From NCBI GenBank assembly GCA_002269645.1, contig NIVC01002192.1:62001-126000 (forward strand): DNA of 64,000 bases, in the 5' to 3' direction. Positions 61,601 to 64,000 of the stretch are shown here, in pieces (positions within the stretch are counted from its first letter, which is position 1; each line of letters begins with the position of its first letter). The notes below the pieces were generated by a model. The model ran no database searches, was not told the origin of the DNA, and saw only the letters and a program-made list of their open reading frames with translations. This DNA is from Macrostomum lignano (lineage: Eukaryota). A program made the translations under genes and the position numbers.

Positions 61601-64000
61601 GGGATGGGATTCTGATGAGGTGGGATTCTGATGGGGTGGGATTGTGAAGGGATGGGATTGTGATGGGATGGGATTGTGATGGGATGGGATTGTGATGGGA
61701 TGGGATTGTGATGGGATGGGATTCTGATGGGATGGGATTGTGAAGGGATGGGATTGTGATGAAATGGGATTGTGAAGGGATGGGATTGTGATGGGATGGG
61801 ATTGTGAAGGGATGGGATTGTGATGGGATGGGATTGTGATGGGATGGGATTGTGATGGGATGGGATTGTGAAGGGATGGGATTCTGACGGGATGGGATTG
61901 TGATGGGATGGGATTGTGAAGGGATGGGATTGTGAAGGGATAGGATTGTGATGGGATGGGATTGTGATGGGATGGGATTGTGATGGGATGGGATTGTGAT
62001 GGGATGGGATTGTGATGGGATGGGATTGTGATGGAATGGGATTGTGATGGGATGGGATTGTGGTGGGATAGGATTCTGATGGGATGGGATTGTGATGGGA
62101 TGGGATTGTGATGGGATGGGATTGTGAAGGGATGGGATTGTGATGAAATGGGATTGTGATGGGATGGGATTGTGATGGGATGGGATTGTGATGGGATGGG
62201 ATTGTGACGGGATGGGATTGTGATGGGATGGGATTGTGATGGGATGGGATTGTGATGGGATGGGATTGTGAAGGGATGGGATTGTGATGAAATGGGATTG
62301 TGATGGGATGGGATTGTGATGGGATGGGATTGTGATGGGATGGGATTGTGACGGGATGGGATTGTGAAGGGATGGGATTGTGATGGGATGGGATTGTGAT
62401 GGGATGGGATTGTGACGGGATGGGATTGTGAAGGGATGGGATTCTGATGGGATGGGATTCTGGAGTGAATATGGGATCAAGCGGGATGGGATTGGGATTT
62501 TCGTCGGTCATCAAGTCGCCCGGGCTCACCAGGCACTGGCCGCTGAAGGGGTCGCAGAGCTCGGAGCGGTTGTTGCAGGCGCAGGGCTTGATGGTCAGCT
62601 GGCTCACGTCGCGGCCGCCGCTGGTATCGATGAAGAAGCCGCGACCGGGCAGCTGGCAGGAGAGGCCTGAGAACTCCTTCGGACAGGCGCAGCGCTCCAC
62701 GCCCCGGACGGGCCGGCCGGCAGCCGAGGACGCGTCCGACACTTCGGCCAGCTCGAGCGAGGCGTCCTGCAGCCTGGCGGTTGCAAAACAAATGCAACTC
62801 GTCACTGAAAGTTCTCAAAAAATGACAGCTCGAACGCGGGCTCGAGGCTCACCTGACCGCCCGCACGTTGCCAACGACGGCCATCGGCCAAGAGATGCGG
62901 CGCATCCGGGCCAGGAAGTTTAGGAACTGCAGGCGGGACATCACCGACCCGTTCTGGTTGGTGAACGAACTCTGCGGGAGGTCGGGCGTCGGCCGGTCAT
63001 GGATACTCTCCCAGAATCACTCTCAGCGTCTCTCAGTGACTCTCAAGACTTTCAGTGACTATAAGTAACCCTCAGTGACTCTCAGTGACCCCTAGTGACT
63101 ATCATTCACTCTCAGTGACTCTCAGTGACTGTGTGACTATCAGCGACTGTGACTATCAGTGACTGTGTGATTCTCAGTGACTGTGTGATTCTCAGTGACT
63201 CTCAGTGACTTTCAGTGACTCTCTCAGGGATTCTCGGTGACTCTCAGTGACTCTTAGTTGCTCAGCAACTCTTCAAGACTTTCAGTGACTCTCAGTGACT
63301 CTCAGTGACTCTCAGTGACTCTCAGTGACTCTCAGTGACTCTCAGTGACTCTCAGTGACTCTCAGTGACTCTCAGTGACTCTCAGTGACTCTCAGTGACT
63401 CTCAGTGACTCTCAGTGACTCTCAGTGACTCTCAGTGACTCTCAGTGACTCTCAGTGACTCTCAGTGACTCTCAGTGACTCTCAGTGACTCTCAGTGACT
63501 CTCAGTGACTCTCAGTGACTCTCAGTGACTCTCAGTGACTCTCAGTGACTCTCAGTGACTCTCAGTGACTCTCAGTGACTCTCAGTGACTGTGTGACTAT
63601 GAGCGACTGTGAATTTCAGTGACTGTGTGATTCTCAGTGACTGTGTGACTCTCAGTGACTCTCAGTGACTCTCAGTGACTCTCAGTGACTCTCAGTGACT
63701 GTGTGACTATGAGCGACTGTGAATTTCAGTGACTGTGTGATTCTCAGTGACTGTGTGACTCTCAGTGACTTTCAGTGACTCTCAGTGACTTTCAGTGACT
63801 CTCTCAGGGATTCTCGGTGACTCTCAGTGACTTTCAGTGACTCTCTCAGGGATTCTCGGTGACTCTCAGTGACTCTCAGTGACTTTCAGTGACTCTCTCA
63901 GGGATTCTCGGTGACTCTCAGTGACTCTCAGTGACTCTTAGTGACTCTCAGTGACTCTCAGTGACTCTTAGTTACTGCCAGCGACTTTCTTGCGATACAG
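34674..64000 (-). CDS. Laminin alpha chain, alpha-3/5 (LanA) type, 5'-truncated by the window: L4 domain, LE (EGF-like) repeats, coiled coil, LG domains
   Basis: Exons read by eye include 62773-62530, 60336-60212, ~60050-59964, 59330-59128, 58133-57852, 57428-57136, 56527-56420, 56343-56232, 55898-55719, 55638-55358, 44238-43797, 43538-43404, 42975-42799 and the last exon 34819-34674 (...GCLKSLSING...NSCFVN*). CKVCDSCIFMLID at the LE/coiled-coil junction resembles the alpha-5 pattern. Confidence 0.92.
35894..36256 (-). repeat. 32-bp intronic array; each unit repeats the 5' splice site AAG|GTGAGA
   Basis: Direct periodicity starting at the laminin donor at 36256. Confidence 0.9.
38375..38708 (-). 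mobile_element. tRNA-derived SINE in a laminin intron
   Basis: A-box-like TAGCCAAGTAG, B-box GGTTCGATTCC, central CCTTGAGCAAGACACTTAA...CACCCAGCTGTAAAATGGG block and an (ATT)n-like tail. Confidence 0.7.
43635..43807 (-). repeat. 18-bp array (GTGCAGGGTGAGTTGCAG) containing 9 in-frame donor motifs
   Basis: Direct periodicity; translates as (VQGELQ)n without stop codons. Confidence 0.9.
44641..45540 (+). repeat. 5' LTR (900 bp)
   Basis: TGTAGTG...TTACAACA. Contains ATTGG (44851), TATA-like TATTTAT (44922), an internal 30-bp repeat TGATAAAAGAAACAGCAACATTAGCTACTT (about 2.5 copies) and AATAAA (45150). Confidence 0.95.
45544..45561 (+). promoter_or_regulatory. Primer-binding site for tRNA-Lys(UUU)
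   Basis: TGGCGCCCGAACAGGGAC, 3 nt after the LTR. It is the 18-nt complement of the tRNA-Lys3 3' end. Confidence 0.9.
45786..46706 (+). CDS. gag: Gag with CCHC zinc knuckle
   Basis: CYNCGEIGHLSFQC knuckle; retrotransposon-gag-like helical region (RDQLDKESVETYGDELLEL). Confidence 0.9.
   Translation: MGDQAMDQLIDALAARLRANADRAAPRLSKPPKYIPTMNFSLWLQSFNEYCEAVGIEEEARRPHLIGLLDLTTAYAAVDKLDLADDIEYGEFTDALLARFTMNRTAQDYRFELSNRDQLDKESVETYGDELLELVRNAFPTADADTRTELAKDRFLKGVRVTDTVRERLYLQQPANLTDAIRTVRQLEAAQKASSTQSKARPRAGLNAFATETSTGDTGKDEELRQLRQKVKEMEEKIRRMEQMQQGQQEPPEPGLQDKQQSKQAAPSSSKQRSGVKCYNCGEIGHLSFQCPKPGKGKRGPPAGGK
46667..52059 (+). CDS. pol: Pol (repeat spacer - protease - dUTPase-like segment - RT - RNase H - integrase), reached by -1 frameshift; four apparent 1-nt deletions
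   Basis: ALVDSGAS (PR); VMPFGLVNSPATF and VYIDD (RT); FILDTDGS...GIGAVLSQ (RH); H-x6-H...C-x2-C plus D (MDIVG), D (HSDQG), E (QVENFN) (IN). Confidence 0.93.
46751..48160 (+). repeat. 30-bp coding minisatellite (CATCAGCATCCAGTGTCCGGTACTGCGTCT), about 47 copies
   Basis: Direct periodicity; in frame with the protease as (HQHPVSGTAS)n. Confidence 0.95.
52474..53421 (+). CDS. Retrotransposon-borne J-domain (Hsp40/DnaJ) protein, 315 aa
   Basis: MDLYAVLQV...EIRRVYRQLALFWHPDKHPDKELAGRRFQEIETAGRILSCPYRRAMYDQLG; HPD at 52561. Followed by an acidic tract and an unrecognised basic helical C-terminus. Confidence 0.88.
   Translation: MDLYAVLQVGHTAERAEIRRVYRQLALFWHPDKHPDKELAGRRFQEIETAGRILSCPYRRAMYDQLGDKSIPYDEAVTFAMTFIPPTGVRMPADIEEGVQQRREVEEAQRKEAGLRQGRQGQRNDYEADGYILISDDDESEESDECSIDTEEEDELLASDGSSGSSESEAMEIDVPESKEVVSHRASGAIWDDEKLSLSAAARQLRHRLMKHILAGQSDGIVSVLTAMRRLFRDSQREPRSALSMVLLQALFFIRRDIAPVKRQRAGRRYWSRQSFDCFVRQLCHELIPLFGLRRPGRLLEVLKSCVGLPGLRVR
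53540..54060. repeat. GC-rich ~20-bp repeat array (GCCGGCCACCTGCGCGTCCT) in the element's 3' region
   Basis: Direct periodicity. Confidence 0.85.
54305..54316 (+). promoter_or_regulatory. Polypurine tract
   Basis: AGGAGGGGAGGG directly before the 3' LTR, preceded by a U-rich tract. Confidence 0.9.
54317..55221 (+). repeat. 3' LTR (905 bp)
   Basis: Near-identical to the 5' LTR. By eye: one A/G substitution, a 1-bp C-run indel and a 6-bp indel. Confidence 0.95.
55940..63970. repeat. Separate intronic minisatellites: 15-mer (55940-56180), 21-mer (56690-57050), 28-mer (57520-57780), 10-mer (58215-59045), 46-mer (59430-59915), 15-mer (60365-62460), 10-mer (63030-63970)
   Basis: Direct periodicity; each array lies between laminin exons. 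Confidence 0.9.

Noticed and set aside
553-63970. Tandem arrays as CRISPR arrays
   Set aside because: No unique spacers, no cas genes, and a eukaryotic intron context.

Overview
This is eukaryotic (metazoan) genomic DNA with GC-rich exons and introns filled with minisatellites. The style resembles a free-living flatworm such as Macrostomum, but that is an inference. Host genes in order: an intronless ankyrin-repeat gene (+), IFT88 (-), an aftiphilin-like gene (+), an intronless calmodulin-like EF-hand gene (-), a 58-aa two-exon membrane microprotein missed by the ORF track (-), and the 3' part of a laminin alpha-3/5-type gene (-, 34674 to beyond the window end). Inside one laminin intron, in antisense orientation, is a young full-length Ty3/Gypsy LTR retrotransposon (44641-55221). 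It has near-identical ~900-bp LTRs, a CCCT target-site duplication, a tRNA-Lys PBS, a PPT, gag and a -1 frameshifted PR-RT-RH-IN pol. The most unusual feature is an intact third ORF in the env position that encodes an Hsp40/DnaJ J-domain protein with the HPD motif. The pol spacer also carries about 47 copies of a 10-aa repeat. Other items: a candidate 24-nt micro-intron in IFT88, tandem in-frame splice donors in laminin, RFX X-box-like motifs inside a coding exon, nested hAT-type non-autonomous elements and a tRNA-derived SINE. Most long ORFs in the track are artefacts of tandem repeats.
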